Shown: positions 13,651-29,190, counted from the stretch's first letter. The stretch is 64,000 nt of DNA from Octopus vulgaris (GCA_951406725.2 OX597819.1:111538001-111602000); one strand, 5' to 3'. The notes: generated from the sequence alone by a model not told the origin. Made by a program: numbers and translations.

Positions 13651-13908
13651 GAGGGCGCATGGCTTAGTGGTTAGGGTATTCAGCCTTCGGTCCTAAGATC
13701 ATGAGTTCGATTCCCGGCGACTTACTGTATCCTTGAGCAAGTCACTTTATTTTCCGTAGTCCCTGTATTTCAAAGGGCTAACCTTATCACATTCTGTGTC
13801 ACGCTAAAATCCCTGGGAACTACTTTAAGAGTATGAGTGTTGGTGGAACATTCAGCTGTTCCGGTGATCGGTTCAACCGGAACACTCATCGTAGTAAACG
13901 AAGGAGGG
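13651..13908 (+). mobile_element. SINE family D, diverged
   Basis: Homology to 11037-11358. Confidence 0.75.
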
Positions 13909-13954
13909 TCAGTTCTAGCTTTGTGTACTTGTCTTTATATGTATGTGCGTATAC

Positions 13955-14011
<57 letters not shown>

Positions 14012-14094
14012 GATTGATCTATATATCTGTCTACCTATTTATACATACACACACATATATCTGTGTGTGTGCGCGTGCGCGCGTATGTATATAC

Positions 14095-14328
14095 GTATTT
14101 CTTTACTGCCCACAAAGGGCTACACACAGAGGGGACAAACAAGGACAGACAAACAGATTAAGTCGATTATATCGACCCCAGTGCGTAACTGGTACTTATT
14201 TAATCGACCCCGAAAGGATGAAAGGCAAAGTCGACTTAGGCGGAATTTGAACTCAGAACGTAGCGACAGACGAAATACTGCTAAGCATTTCGCCCGGCGT
14301 GCTAACGTTTCTGCCAGCTCGCGGCCCT
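14095..14328 (-). mobile_element. SINE family B (tail 1)
   Basis: Reverse-complement match to 9484-9708. Confidence 0.9.
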
Positions 14329-14794
14329 CGCGTATACGTTCGTATGTATGTGTGTGCTTCTCCCACTCCTAAATGCTCTTCTAAGCTAAGTTATACATTA
14401 CTGGGAACCTTTTTTGGTTTTGTTTTGTTTTAGTAACTAGATCCATTGTCATACACACATACAATATACACAAACGCATACGTGCATGCTTTAAAAAAAA
14501 AGCAAAAGTGAAGTAATTAGATCGTTCGTCAGTATCGGCGAAGATTATTCCATTTGTTCGATCAAATGAACCAGTTGCTCCACTCACTGTAGTAGAGTGT
14601 GCATGACTGAGTTTACACAATCACGTGTAACCTTCGTGTAATTTTCATGCACAAACAGCGGGAAAAATATATGACAAGTTTGGCATTTTTACGTTATAGA
14701 TACAGTCTATCTCACAGGCTTTCACCCAGATTCCTGAATGCCTAATTTCTCTCGCAATAATTGTGTCATCAGGTAGCTATATTAAAAAAAAGCT

Positions 14795-14920
14795 TGAGGT
14801 CCAGTTTGTCTTTCATCTTTTCGGGGTCGATGAAATAAGTACCAGTTACGACTGGTGTCGATGTAATAGACCTACCCCTACCCCAAATTTCAAATCATAT
14901 GCCTATAGCAGAAAGGATAT
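14795..14920 (+). mobile_element. SINE family B 3' fragment (tail 2)
   Basis: tttcatcttttcggggtcgatgaaataagtaccagt...ccccaaatttc...tagcagaaagga. Confidence 0.7.
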
Positions 14921-15601
14921 TAGAAAAGAGCTTTTCAAGATGCTACGCGTCGTCAAAAGTCCAGTAGCACTACATAACTGGTCAAACCTGAATGTAACTA
15001 GAGATATAAATGAAGTCTTTTTTGAACTGCTGAAAGATTAAGTTTATACAGGCAACATAAAATTAGTAGAAAGTACGAAAAAACATATATCAGGTTAACG
15101 AAAAATACAATTACAAACAGGATATACAAACCATATCCATTTATTTAGTTGTAGGAGCAAGAAAATTCCACTTCTCTTTCAGAATATATTTGGAACCTAA
15201 ATAACAAAGGAGAAAACCAGTTCACAATAAATATTAAGATTACTGCAACAAACAACGAAATGGCCGTGGTAGTAACAGTGGTCTTTGGCTAGTCATGTAA
15301 AATGTCTACTGCAGCACTGGTATCGTATTATGATATTCATGCCTTCCCGGGAGTCATCAGTGGGTAATGCGAAGCGAAACGTCTTCTACTTATTTCTAAA
15401 ACCACCTCCAAAATGTGTGAATTTGTTTTAATGAGAGAAACAACAATAATAACAACAACTACTATTACTACTACTACTAATGATTCTGCTACTAACGGCA
15501 CTGTAACTACAAATGCTACTGCTGATACCAATAATTTTACAACTGCTACTAATGTTACAACCACTACTACTACTACTATTACTATATTCTGTAGTAGTAG
15601 T

Positions 15602-15845
15602 AAGGTAGCGAGCTGGCAGAATCGTTAGTACACCGAGCGAATTGCCTAGCGATATGTCGTCTGCCGTTACATTCTGTGTTCAAATTCCGCCGAGGCCGAC
15701 TTTGCCTTTTATCCTTTCGGGGTCGATTAAATAAGTACCAGTTGCGCACTAGAATCGATGTAATTCACTTAATCCCTTTGTCTGTCCCTGTTTGTCCCCT
15801 CTATGTTTATCCACCCACCCACCCCTGTGGACAATAAAGGAGTAA
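15602..15845 (+). mobile_element. SINE family B (tail 1)
   Basis: Match to 9484-9708. Confidence 0.85.
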
Positions 15846-16094
15846 ATATTTTGTGGCTTGATGGGGATTAGTTTTGGTACCGATGATATCGACTCAAGCA
15901 ATTAATTGTTACTTTATTTTTCTAACTAGAGACATGCAATGCAAAGAACGTAAAGATACTGCAGCCATTTTATCCGATATTCTAACGATTCAGTCACTTC
16001 ACTCCTGTTTGTAGCTCAAATATTGATTTTTGTCCTTACTCACCTTAACCAAACGCGCACATTTCGTAAGAGGGGTGTTGTCAGTAATACCGGT

Positions 16095-16281
16095 TTTAAA
16101 TTTTGGCTCAAATTCAGCAGTTCCGGGAATGGGAGGTAAGCCTATTACATCGAATCAAGTGATCCTCTGGTACTTATTTTATCGACTCCGAAAGGTGGAA
16201 AAGTAAATTCGACCACCACGGATTTTGAAAACAGAACGTGAAGAATGTCGAAAAGCAGTCATTCTATCAGCCCGCCACCTT
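16095..16281 (-). mobile_element. SINE family B, diverged
   Basis: ggtacttattttatcgactccgaaagg..gaaaagtaaattcgacc. Confidence 0.6.
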
Positions 16282-16491
16282 AATGTCGTCAAACATATTA
16301 CCATTAGTATTTAACACATACATTATTCTATCAACATCAGGGATATGAAAAGCATAAATCCCTTTCAGTAATATTTTGAAGATATAAAGCTACTCAATAA
16401 ATTTTATTTGATGCTCTGTCGGCGACACATTACCGCGTCACTGCTACCGTTTTCACGAAATTTTTCTAGATTCTGTGAAGGCGAATGGTTA

Positions 16492-16822
16492 GAGCGCATG
16501 GTTCAGTGGTTAGAGCATTGGGTTCCCAATCATGTGGTAGTGAGCACGATTCCCGGACTTGTTGTGTTCTTGAACAAGGCACTTTATTTCACATTGCTCC
16601 AGTTCACTAAGCTGTAGAAATGAGTTGTGACGTCATTGGTTCCAAGCTGTCTCTGTCTTTGCTTTCTCCATAGATAATATCGCCGGCTTGGTGAGGAGAG
16701 GATGATATGCATGTGCAATTGCTGATCTTCCATATACAATCTTGCCTAGACTTGAGCATCAGAGGGTAACTTTCTAGGTGCGATCCTACGGTCATTCATG
16801 ACCGAAGGGGGCCTCTACCCTT
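16492..16822 (+). mobile_element. SINE family E
   Basis: Reverse-complement homolog of 49009-49342. Confidence 0.85.
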
Positions 16823-17150
16823 CACACTTTCACCCTCTTAAACTCTGCACGTAAGCACCGTTTGTTTGCCTGTCATTTTCAACACTGTAATAACGGAAGT
16901 TTTCTTATTGAGAACCGGAGTAATTGAAAAACGGCGATCCGATAACTACACAATTAACAGCAAAAACAACAACAACAATAATAATGTTTGTTGATAAAAC
17001 AAACTAAAAATAATAGAAAACAAGACAATTCGTTATCAAAATATTCTAGAAATTAGAACATGAGGAAATTGTGCGAAATAACCAGCAGATTACAGATAAT
17101 TTAACTGCAGTTGTGTTAATAATAGAAACACACACAGATGCATGCATACG

Positions 17151-17194
<44 letters not shown>

Positions 17195-17228
17195 TTATAT
17201 ATAATCATGCATACACATATGTATGTAT

Positions 17229-17471
17229 GTCTTTTAGTCTTTTAGTCTTTTATTTGTTTCAGTTATTTGACTGTGGCCATGATGGAGCACCGCCTTTAGT
17301 CGAGCAAATCGACCCCAGGACTTTTCTTTGTAAACCTAGTACTTATTCTATCGGTCATTTTTGCCGAACCGCTAAGTTACGGGAACATAAACACTTGGGC
17401 AAGTGTGTTCTGTTATAGCCTCTAGCAGACCCTTTGTGAGTGGATTTGATGGGATCTGAAAGAAGCCTGTC

Positions 17472-17519
<48 letters not shown>

Positions 17520-17660
17520 GTCTTTGTGCATGTTTGTCCCCCATCACAGCTTGAAAGCCTTCGTTAGTATGTTAACATGACAGTAACTTGGCAGTTCGGC
17601 AAAACCGACCGACGGAATAAGTGCCCGACTTAGGAAAAATAGTCTTGGGGACCATTTAAA
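17229..17660. mobile_element. Two SINE-C pieces in opposite orientation (minus 17229-17392, plus 17393-17660)
   Basis: Homology to 8925-9360. Confidence 0.75.
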
Positions 17661-17815
17661 CGATTAAAATTAACGGACAAGAAGACGTACACAAGAAATA
17701 TATTGGCTTGATGCTCGGTGAAAAGAGAAAGTTTGACGCTTCAAACAGAGTTCTTCGTCGGAAAAGAGAAAGAGAATAGTCCAAAGGAAAATAAATCGCC
17801 AACAGCACGTGTGCA

Positions 17816-17864
<49 letters not shown>

Positions 17865-17887
17865 TATATATATTGGGGGGGGGGAGT

Positions 17888-18018
17888 AAGAAGAAAAATA
17901 AGCGAAAATGCACATTGGAAAAAAAAAAACTAAAGGCTTTTTCTGAAAGCGTTACTTTTCATAAAAAGCCTTTACTTTTTGGGATTTCCAATGGGCATTT
18001 TCGCTTATTTTTCTTCTT
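17888..18018. repeat. ~130-nt palindrome
   Basis: aagaagaaaaataagcgaaaatgc.cattggaaa / tttccaatg.gcattttcgcttatttttcttctt, plus inner arms taaaggcttttt/aaaaagccttta. Confidence 0.9.
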
Positions 18019-18071
18019 GCTTTGCCCTTATATTTCCACGTGTAGTTTCTATTTTCTTTTTGTAACATATT

Positions 18072-18217
<146 letters not shown>

Positions 18218-18319
18218 ACTGTATTATGCTACCAAGTATAGTAAAGGCTTATAAGCCAATACTTGCTCCACCGGTGTTAGCAATGCAATTAAATCCCGTT
18301 TGTTCTAAAAAAAATGAGT

Positions 18320-18548
18320 TCTACAGATTTTCGGTAGAAATTATAGCCAGTGCTACAGGGTTTGAGATTTGGGAGAAGGAGGCTTCGTGGATTGCATTGA
18401 CCCCAATCCAAAACTGATTCTATTTTATTGGTCCTGAAAGAATGAAAAGCAAAGCCAACTAAGGCGGAATTTGAACTTATAAAGCGGGGGGAAAAACCCG
18501 CTAAGCATTTTCTCCGACGCGCTAATGATTCTGCCAGCTCACCGCCCT
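18320..18548 (-). mobile_element. SINE family B (tail 2), diverged
   Basis: gattctgccagctcaccgcc head on minus strand. Confidence 0.7.
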
Positions 18549-18787
18549 CACACTCACACGCACACATACATAATTGACATTTAATAGAGCAACAAAATAC
18601 ACCCATACAGGCACATCCATGTTCACATATATACATACACACACGTTAGAATATACAAACACGTGTGTATATATAATTACATGATTACATAGTGTATGCA
18701 AACATCATTATGGAATCGTCAATCGTTATTTAAAAAGCAACAAACAACGCTCACACACACACACATACACACACATACACACACACA

Positions 18788-18841
<54 letters not shown>

Positions 18842-19261
18842 TCATTAATAAGTTGTCCAACTAATCCGACTCAAATTATATCAGAAAATGTTCGTCGTCT
18901 GCAAATGTAAGACATTTAACCACCTCCCTCTCTCTCACTATCTCTTCCCCACTCTCTCTTTCTCTCCCGTTATCTCTCTCTATCACTGTCTCTTTCTCTC
19001 TCTTTTTCTCTCTCTCTCTTCCTCTCTCTCTCTCTCTCTCTGTGTTTCTATGTATTTATCCCTGTCTCCCAGTCTTTCTCTTGCCTAATCTCTGTTTCAC
19101 TCAATACATACGCCTCTCACTCATTCGCCTTCTTTCTTTTCTGCTTCTTCTCTTTATATTCCACCACTTCCCCACCCATCACTTTCTCACAATGCTTCTC
19201 TCTTTCTTTCATTCTTTCTTTTCCTATCTGTTTCGGTTCACCTTTTTCTCTCAATATACAT

Positions 19262-19690
19262 ATTTTACTCTTTTACGCTTTTACTTGTTTCAGTCATTTG
19301 ACTGCGGCTATGCTGGGGCACCGCCTTTAGTCAATAAAACCGACCACAGGACTTATTCTTTGTAAGCCTAGTACTTACTCTATCGGATCTTATGCCGAAC
19401 TGGTAAGTTACGTGGACGTAAACACACCAGCATCGGTTGTCAAATGATATTGGGAGGGGGGACAAACGCAGACACACAAACATGTACACACACATACATA
19501 TATACATATATATATATACATATATACGACGGGCTTCTTTCAGTTTCCGTCTACCAAATACACTCGCAAGGTTTTGGTCGGCCCGAGGCTATAGTAGAAG
19601 ACACTTGCCCAAGGTGCCACGCAATAGGACTGAACCCAGGACCATGTGATTGGTAAGCAAGCTACTTACCACACAGCTGCACCTGCACCT
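19262..19690 (-). mobile_element. SINE family C
   Basis: Match to 8925-9360. Confidence 0.9.
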
Positions 19691-19699
19691 ATTTCCTTT

Positions 19700-19878
19700 A
19701 CATATTTCAGTCATTAGCCTGCGGTCATGCTGGGGTACTGCCTTGAAGAACCAACACCAATAAATTTTATTGTTTTGAGCCTGGTACTTATCTCATCGGT
19801 TTTGCTTGACGAGCTGCTATGTTACAGAGATATAAACACACCAACACTGGTTGTCAAGCAGTGGTAGCGACAAAGCAT

Positions 19879-19919
<41 letters not shown>

Positions 19920-19924
19920 GACAG

Positions 19925-19996
<72 letters not shown>

Positions 19997-20148
19997 GAGC
20001 TTCCTTCAGTTTCTATCTACCAAATCCACTTACAAATCTCTGGTCGGCTCGCAGCCACGGTAGAATACACTTCTCCAATATACCACGCAGTGGGATTGAA
20101 CCCCGAAACATGTGGTTGGGAAGCAAGGTTCTTACCACATAGCCACGT
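19700..20148 (-). mobile_element. SINE family C, older copy tandem to the previous one
   Basis: Match to 8925-9360. Confidence 0.8.
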
Positions 20149-20311
20149 CTAGATAGATAACTAGATAGATAGATAGATAGATTTATCTATCAATCTGTCT
20201 ATCTATCTATCTATCCAGTTATCTATCTATCTATCCAGTTATCTATCTATCTGTTTACTTATCAATTTATCTATCTATCCATCTGTCTGTCTATCTATCA
20301 ATAGATCCGTG

Positions 20312-20412
<101 letters not shown>

Positions 20413-21325
20413 CACATATGTACATATTTTTGTCTGTCTGTCTGTATATCTATCTATGTTTCTGTCTGTCTGACTGAACGTCTTTCTTTTCATTTGTAGT
20501 GCATAAAAGTTTCTCTCGGAATATTTTGCCTACAGAAGCCATTAAATAATTTCAATGCCTATTTCGAATACCTTTGAGTGAAAAATATGGGCCTGTGTTT
20601 GAACATTTTCATATTTCTATATTCTCTCAAAAAGGCAATTAGAAATATAAAATGGCTGAGTTTTATAATGGGCTTATTTTCGATCTCGTGGTACCCTGAA
20701 TGTAAACTGATCTGCCCACCATCAAGATGAATCAATAACTAAACAAAAATACAAACAAAATATACAATAAAATAAGCAAAGAGCTTCGAACAAGTAGTTA
20801 CAGCAAACATTTAAACGTTTGCAGACAGAAAAAATAATGAGCATGATGATAAGAATAATATGAATTTTTCTAGTGTACCGCGATATGAAAATACCAGCAA
20901 TTCATTAACTTTAAGAAAAACAGAAAGATGTTGGAAAATTGTGTTACAAGAGCCAGTGCCTCCTTGCCCGGACAATATTTAGAATGATAGGACAGATAGA
21001 TGATAGTATACTTCAGTATTGTTTCAAAATAAATACGGCTTTTTACATGATCTCAAAAGAAAAAGGAAAACTTGCAAAATGCCTTGACTAGTAAGTGGTA
21101 TGACATGGTTTCGGTGTGCCTTGAGATGAGATCAAAGTTGGGCATTTTTGAATACTTAAACTGAGAACGATGTACTGTAAGAGAAGGATTTAAGACCGGA
21201 TCTTGGAGAACATTTGCAAGATAGGATGTTGTGTTGAAGTTCAAAAGTAATTGTCTGTCACGCCATAAACATAAACGTTGTGAATTTTCTGCATTAGATC
21301 TAATACAGTGATGCATTTATATAAC

Positions 21326-21342
21326 GGTAGTGGTGGTGGTGA

Positions 21343-21406
<64 letters not shown>

Positions 21407-21705
21407 TGTAGTAGAAGTAGTAGTAGTAGTTGTAGTAGTAGTTGTAGTAGTAGTAACAGCAGCAGTAGTGGTGGTGGTGGTGGTGGTGGTGGTGGTGGTA
21501 GTAGTAATAATAAGTAGTAGTAGTAGTACCAGCAGCAGTAGTAGTAGTAGTAGCAGTAGTAGTAGTAGTAGTAGTAGTAGTAGGAGGAGGAGGAGGAGGA
21601 GGAGGAGGAAGAGGAGCAGCAGCAGCAGCAGCAACAGTAGTAGTAGTAGGATCAGCAGTAGCAGCAGTAGTCGTAGTAGTAGTAGTAGCAGTAGCAGTAA
21701 TACTA
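21326..21705. repeat. Compound (GTA)n/(GTG)n/(GGA)n/(GCA)n tract
   Basis: Direct reading. Confidence 0.9.
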
Positions 21706-22139
21706 GTAGAAATTTACGTTGTTTTTTATTGCTGTTAGGGTCATGTGCAAGAGAGAGAGCGAGAGGAGAGAGAGGCTTTATCAGAATGGTCACCATGCAT
21801 AGGTCGATATAGGTTTGCAACGTTCGCCGGTACAAGAATAGTTTCTGCGGTGAGGAAAGGGTACGTGTGGTAACATGTGTCAGTGTATGGAGGTATAGGT
21901 GGAGTGTTGTGGTTGTCAGACATCTCTCAGACACCCACGAATGGCTGATGCCAAATAGGAAAGGCTCCATCTTGTGAGGCATGGTTCTCGTCAGATGGAG
22001 AGTTTGAAAGGAAGTATAACGCGCGCACACACATACACACACACACATGCACGCACAAGAACAGACACGCTCACACGCTCTTTATTTTCTACTTTCCTTA
22101 CAACAAACGTGTACAGCTGTACGTATATATATATATATG

Positions 22140-22187
<48 letters not shown>

Positions 22188-22573
22188 CGTGCGTATGTGT
22201 GTGCAGTGCCTGTATCTATGTATGTATATGCACATATGTATATGTTTATGCTTATATAGATGTATGTATATTACTATGTATTTGCATGTATATATATATT
22301 TATATATATACATGTATATATTTGTGTGTGTGCGTGTGTTTACGTGTGCATTAACAATAGCTTATTACGTAAATACTGAAAGGTGAGCGTACACACACAT
22401 ATACATACAGACAGACATATTTACAAACATACTGTCACTTGCTGACGAAACATTGGTAAAAATGTAGCTTGCGCTTGCGCAGTCCCGTATACATCTGTAT
22501 ACGTACGTACATACATACATACATACACACACACACACGCACGCACACATATATATATACATACATACATACA

Positions 22574-22604
<31 letters not shown>

Positions 22605-23939
22605 GTGTGTGCATGCATGTATATATATTTAAATATATATATATGCATATTTATATATTATTTATACGTTTATGTGTGTAATTTTTAAAAGCTACACTCA
22701 CAATATTTGAAGAAAGACATTTTTAAAAACCAACATGTATTAGTTATGCTAGAAATTCTTTAAAAGCAAATAGTATCACGTGAAGTTTATGGATGGAATT
22801 TTCTTGATGTGTAAAGCACTTTTCCCTATTTTCTGCTTTTCATACACACGTATTATAAGGCAATCTGCATAAAGGCACTTTTAAAGTAGTGGTGTTGTCT
22901 ATTTTCTGGTTTCAATTAAAATTTAGAATTCTTGTAAAGTATACTCATTTATCTTTTGCAGTCTATCATTTTCTTTATTGAAAAAAAAATACTTTGAATT
23001 TTTCATTTGCACAAATGACTAACCGTTCACTAAATGGTAAAATATTGTCTGCGCATGTTTTTAAATACTGAGTACTAGTAAACATGTCAGTACCATAATT
23101 TCACACCAGTATTCCGATTATGATGTTTGATGATATGGCCGAAAAAGAAAACAGAGCCAGCAAAAATGCGAAACTGACTCCAATGACATTAGCCTTCTCT
23201 TTCTGTACGTTATTATTGCGTATTATTTTGTAGGTTATTACTGAAGTTTGCGATGTGATATTGCTCGGACAAATATAAACTACACCGTATTGAATATTCA
23301 TTGTCAGAATACCACGTTTCCTAAATCGTTCATATTTTAGACTCCTTGTTTCATTCCACATTTCACACCGTCAAATCAAGCATTAAACATTTGTTTACAC
23401 AGTAACATCATAAAATATGATTATTATATCGTCATCGCAATACGGCTTGGGAAAATGAATGCTTTCTTCAAACTTAAATTCCAAACATTTATAGTGCATA
23501 GAAGCTTGTGTAACTGCCTTTGTTTTACACTACTGTGTGATCGTTGTGTTTCTTGTATAAGAAGGTGGTTTACTTACTGTAAGAACATTTTTCAATGTGC
23601 ATAGCCTCTGCCGTGATGACAATGAGCAGTAACCATGTCATTTCCACTGCCTAATTATGGCCGGGAATGAAAGCATATCATAGACAGCACATAAAATCGT
23701 AAACGGAATGTTTCCGTTATTTATAACATTTTCCACGAGATGTTACGTATATACACAAATACAAATAAAAAACGCGCATACGTATGTACACACACGTATG
23801 TATGTACGTTTTCTTCTATTTTTAATTAATTAAATCCTTCCTCTGTGCAAGGAGCTGGTTTCTAACAAAAATCTAAAGCTTCATCTTTGGAATGTAAATA
23901 ACAAAAGTAATGTCACACCTTGATTTTGAGAAAAAATTT

Positions 23940-24312
23940 GCATAACATTCCTATTCCATTAGAGATTGTATTTGTATTGCGCGAGTTATCTGATATTTCC
24001 TTTTCCTGAAAACACCAGTTTATCGAGGTTGTTACTTAGACATTTACTCATAAAATCAAGTGCAATAATTATTACTGGTATGAATGTAAATTTATAAACT
24101 GGATATAGAAGCAGGATGTTTCGAAGCAGTTGTCTATAGCTATCCTCTTCTTTGATTTTCAAAGGGATATTTACATCAACGTGACAGATGACCTCTATGA
24201 CGGTACATAATTTTATCTTGTCTGTCTCAGACATTATCCGGTCTGTTATGTTTACACTTGAAAGATTTTTTATGGGAATCTTCCACCAGTAATCGTTGTC
24301 TTGGTGAGTGAT
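23940..24312 (-). mobile_element. R4/Dong-like non-LTR element, restriction-like endonuclease fragment (old)
   Basis: YWWKIPIK..CKHNRPD....KLCTVIEV.C..DVNI..KIKEEDSY..LL...IPVII.AL. Confidence 0.75.
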
Positions 24313-24730
24313 GAGGTGAGTGCGCTAAGCGGTGATGAGTAAAAATGCAATGTTAATAACAGTTCGAGCCGATTTGGGTGTATTTACGACAGCGCGAAAT
24401 TTTTCCATGATAAAACACAGTGAATTGCCTGTTTACAAGTTTGAAGGTGCCTTTAAGCATATTCAAACTGGTATCACTGCTTAGTAGTACACTCACCCCA
24501 TAATTTAATTACGATGAGCCGTCGATTTGCGCTACCAGCATAGAGAGGTAGTACATTGATGAAATTTTTGGACAATTGATAATCATGTATGGTGTCTTTC
24601 ACAGATGTATGACATAATCTATATTTTCGGTTGCATCTTGGGGCTCCAAATGCTTTATTGGCTTTTATGGTTGTTAACTATCCAAGATGATGTGAATATT
24701 ACTATCATGTCAATGTTACTGTCTTCTTTG

Positions 24731-24942
24731 AAGGCAGCGAGCTGACAAAATCGTTACCCCGCTGGAAAAATGATTAGCGGCATTTCTTCCGTCTGACGTT
24801 CTGAGGTCAAATTCCGTCGAGGTCCACGTTGCTTTTCACTCTTTCGGGGTCGATAAAATAAATGCCAGTTGAACAGTGGGGTCGATGTAATCGACTTATC
24901 CCTTCCCTCGAAACTGCTGGTCTTATAATATTGAAATCAATG
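24731..24942 (+). mobile_element. SINE family B (tail 2)
   Basis: aaggcagcgagctg head and central domain. Confidence 0.8.
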
Positions 24943-25251
24943 TTACTGTTTTATTATAGTCTTCGGGAAACATAGACATGCACGGTCTTTCTCTAGTATG
25001 CAGGAGTGTTTCACATCCAGATCTATTTTTGAGTTATCTTAGTTCGGCTACTGTGGTGTTGTAAGTTGAAATCCTGTACATACAAAGAACTAAAGATATA
25101 TTTATGCTCGTATCTGAATGTGAGTGTTTCTTGTTTTACTTATTTGAATTCTTCCTAGAAATAAAGAATCTAGTATCAGATTCATCCAGAGACTACGGTT
25201 ATACTGTGGTACCACCATATATATGTGTGTGGGTGCTTGCTGGGTAGAGTT

Positions 25252-25305
25252 AGATAGATAGGCAAGAAGATAGATAGATAAATAGATAGATAGAGAGAGA
25301 GAGAG

Positions 25306-25393
<88 letters not shown>
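25252..25393. repeat. (TAGA)n/(GA)n microsatellite
   Basis: Direct reading. Confidence 0.95.
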
Positions 25394-25394
<1 letters not shown>

Positions 25395-25558
25395 CAAATA
25401 TATAAATATTCACAAATACGTATACGTAATTTCTTCTGCCTTGCTTGGCAAACTCCTGAGATTTTTTTATAAAAAGGTTAAGAAATCTAAATTTGAACCA
25501 TTTTTTGATAAATTCGAATACAGAAGCAAGCGGTTAAATGTAAATAAGTTGTAAATAA

Positions 25559-25609
<51 letters not shown>

Positions 25610-25652
25610 AATATTAGCATCTAACATTCTGACTAACTTATTATTCTCTCCT

Positions 25653-25725
<73 letters not shown>

Positions 25726-26224
25726 CTATTCACACACGCATAAATATATATATGTGTATATGTATATATATACATATATACATAAATACATAAGTATGTA
25801 AATGTGTTTATGTGTGAGTGTATGTGTGAACAGATAGTTAGAAAGATATAGATATAAAGATTAGATATGTAAATATACACATAAATACATATACATACGT
25901 GTGTGTATGTGTGTGTGTGTGAGTGTATGATGAGTGTGGAATTGTATTCAAATATTTGGACATTTCAATGTGGCTTTATATATAAATGTTCATTCATGTA
26001 AGTGTGTATGTATATATGTATATACCTGAGCGTGTGTATGTGTGTGTGCATGTAGATGAGTAAGTGTGTCTGTGTGTACATATATATGAGCGGCCATATA
26101 TTTTAATGCTAGAACAGTGAAGTGAATCACGTGGGTGGCAGACAAGTGGAGAAAACTGCAATATGAAGCTGGTGCGCTAAGGGGTTCGATGTAGCACCTT
26201 GGTGAGTCTGGAAGATGTAGCGTC

Positions 26225-26268
<44 letters not shown>

Positions 26269-26613
26269 CGTGTGTGTGCGTGTGTGTGCGTGTGTGAGTT
26301 TGGTGTAGGGGATACATTTTCTACTCGTCTATCAATTTAACTATCTGTGTCTCTCTACCACGCATATATATATACATATATATTATATGTATATATGTAA
26401 TATATATATATATATATAAATATATGTACATGGATATATATATATGCATGTATGTATGTACACTTGTATGTATGTATACGTGCATGTATGTATATATATA
26501 TATATCATATACACATATATACATGGATATATGTACACATATATTCATATATATTCATAACACAGATATACATATATACATGCATAATATATATATGTAC
26601 ACAAACACACACA

Positions 26614-26678
<65 letters not shown>

Positions 26679-26720
26679 GTGTGTAGAGTATAGGATATTG
26701 TGTATAGCTTATAAGGGTGT

Positions 26721-26763
<43 letters not shown>

Positions 26764-28459
26764 TGATGATGACGACGTTGATGATTCTACGAATGTTCTG
26801 GAAGCCAGATGTGTGCATATGTTATTCAAGAAGTTTACATATAATATCAACAGTGTGTACATAAGACAAACCGTGTTTACATATATTTCTTTATACAACT
26901 CGCAGATTGCTGATGCTGCTAATACTGCTGCGGTTGCTGTTATTGCTGCTGCTGACGTTGCTAATGCTGCCACTGCTACTGTTGTTGTTGTTGCTGCTGC
27001 TGCTGTAGAGTTCTGTTGTTGCCGCTAATGGTGTTGTTGATGCCGCTACTGTTGTTTCTGGTCAGTTATATATGTACTTGTGTATGGTAATGTGCGTGTG
27101 TGTGCGGTGATGTGTCTACATAATCGACAGTGTGTCTATATGTATGTGTCGATTGCTTGTGTGTGTAATAAGGTTTTCTGATAAGCATGCACACATAAAA
27201 GCACACAAATATACACAAACACACACACATATAGTATATATTCGTATATTCTTTGGCTTGTTTCAAACGTTGGACTACGGCCATTTTGAGGCACAAGCCT
27301 CCAAAGATTTAACCAATCAATTCCTAGACATACACGTATATAAGTAGACGATAATAATAAAGAAATGTATTTAACATCTACGAGAACAGAATAAATTTGC
27401 ATGTATACTGATAAAGTTAAAATTGCATAATTCAAATTCCTAAAGGTGTGCAAGAAAGGTATTAGCAAGTTTAAAAGAAATATAATTTTAAAAAGAATTT
27501 ATATCTTAGAATTGATGACGAACAAAATCTTCCCATAAGGCAAAAGCTCTAAACAGCTTCGTTTGGCAGTAACCGTATTGTGTCTTATAAGATAAAATAA
27601 ACTTAGGGTCATGCCTACAAGGTGCTAATAGCTCAGATCTTAATCTCAGATCTTCGTAATTTTGTAATAAGTTATGCCGTTTCTCATTTAGACATTTGAA
27701 AAGTCAATTTACACGTACGTTTTCGTGTCTGTACGATATTGAAATTACAGTTACTGATAAGGTTTTAAGCGTATACAGGCTTCTCTCAACCCTCTCTCTC
27801 TCTCTCTGAAACAAAGTTTACTTTGATAATCCGAAAGCAAATTTCTTTTTCCAGATTAACACACTGCCTGTGCTTATAAAGATGAGCTCCAAAGTTATGT
27901 TCTGCTGATCCAACATGCGGCGTAGGCTTGGAATTCTTATCTACATATGGCTTAGAACAATACTCTAACGAATTTGCAAGATATTTACCATCAACCAAGT
28001 AATTCTTACCATTGGTATGGAATTACATTGACAAAGTATTTGAATTAATTGTATCAAAAGGTAGTTATTTTAATTGTACTGTATTGTAATGGTTTTTATA
28101 AATTACATAACGAAATATATTTTACATATAACACAGCTAAACAATTTCAAATAAAAATTTTCAGGTACTTATACATTAAAAATAAAATGAAGGCCGAGTT
28201 AACTCTTCAGGTATGCTACCTCTGCTTCTTACACCTCGAAGTGTCATGTGTGTGTAGGTGTGTGCGTATATGTGTGTATATATATATACATATATACACG
28301 TACACATACACACACACATAACACACTCTCACATACTCTCTCCCCCCACACACACATATACGAATTAATATTTCATATATTTAAAAATATATAAACATAT
28401 ATATAATATATATAAGTGTATATGTGTATATATATATATATATACATACACGTATTTAT

Positions 28460-28503
<44 letters not shown>

Positions 28504-29124
28504 TATATGTATATATGTATGTATGTGTATATATATATACATGTATACTTATATATATATATATACACACACAAGTACATGCACCTACACACATATATAC
28601 GCATATATAAAATATATTACCAATCTATATGTATATATGTAGGCATGTAAAATATATCATACATGTGTTTATGTACGTATGTATATATAAACAGAAGTTT
28701 ATAATGATGCTTTTAAAAATACACGAACTCAGCATGAACGTTTTTAAATATTGCCATCTCGAAGTTTATTTATAATTCAAAAGCATATACATATTTAAAT
28801 AACAAGCTTTTATTTATATTGAAATAATGTAATAAGCTGTATTATAATCATTGTCTTCTCAGCACCGCAGTGGGTGCGTGAGACGAACTTACCATCATTG
28901 CCAACATCGTTGCCCCACATCATCGGCGTCGTATTCCGATTCATCATCATTGCATTATCATCATCATCAGCAGCAGCAGCAGCAACAGCAGAAGCAGTAG
29001 CAGCAGTAGCAGCAGCAGCAGAAGTAGTAGCAGCATCACGTGAACAGCATCATCGACGTATTCCCACTTTCTGCTATTCCTCACCTTCTCTTATTCTTCC
29101 CGCTCTCCTACTCCTCCTTCTCTT

Positions 29125-29157
29125 CATCGTCATCGTTTTCCTCATTTTCGACATTGG

Positions 29158-29190
<33 letters not shown>

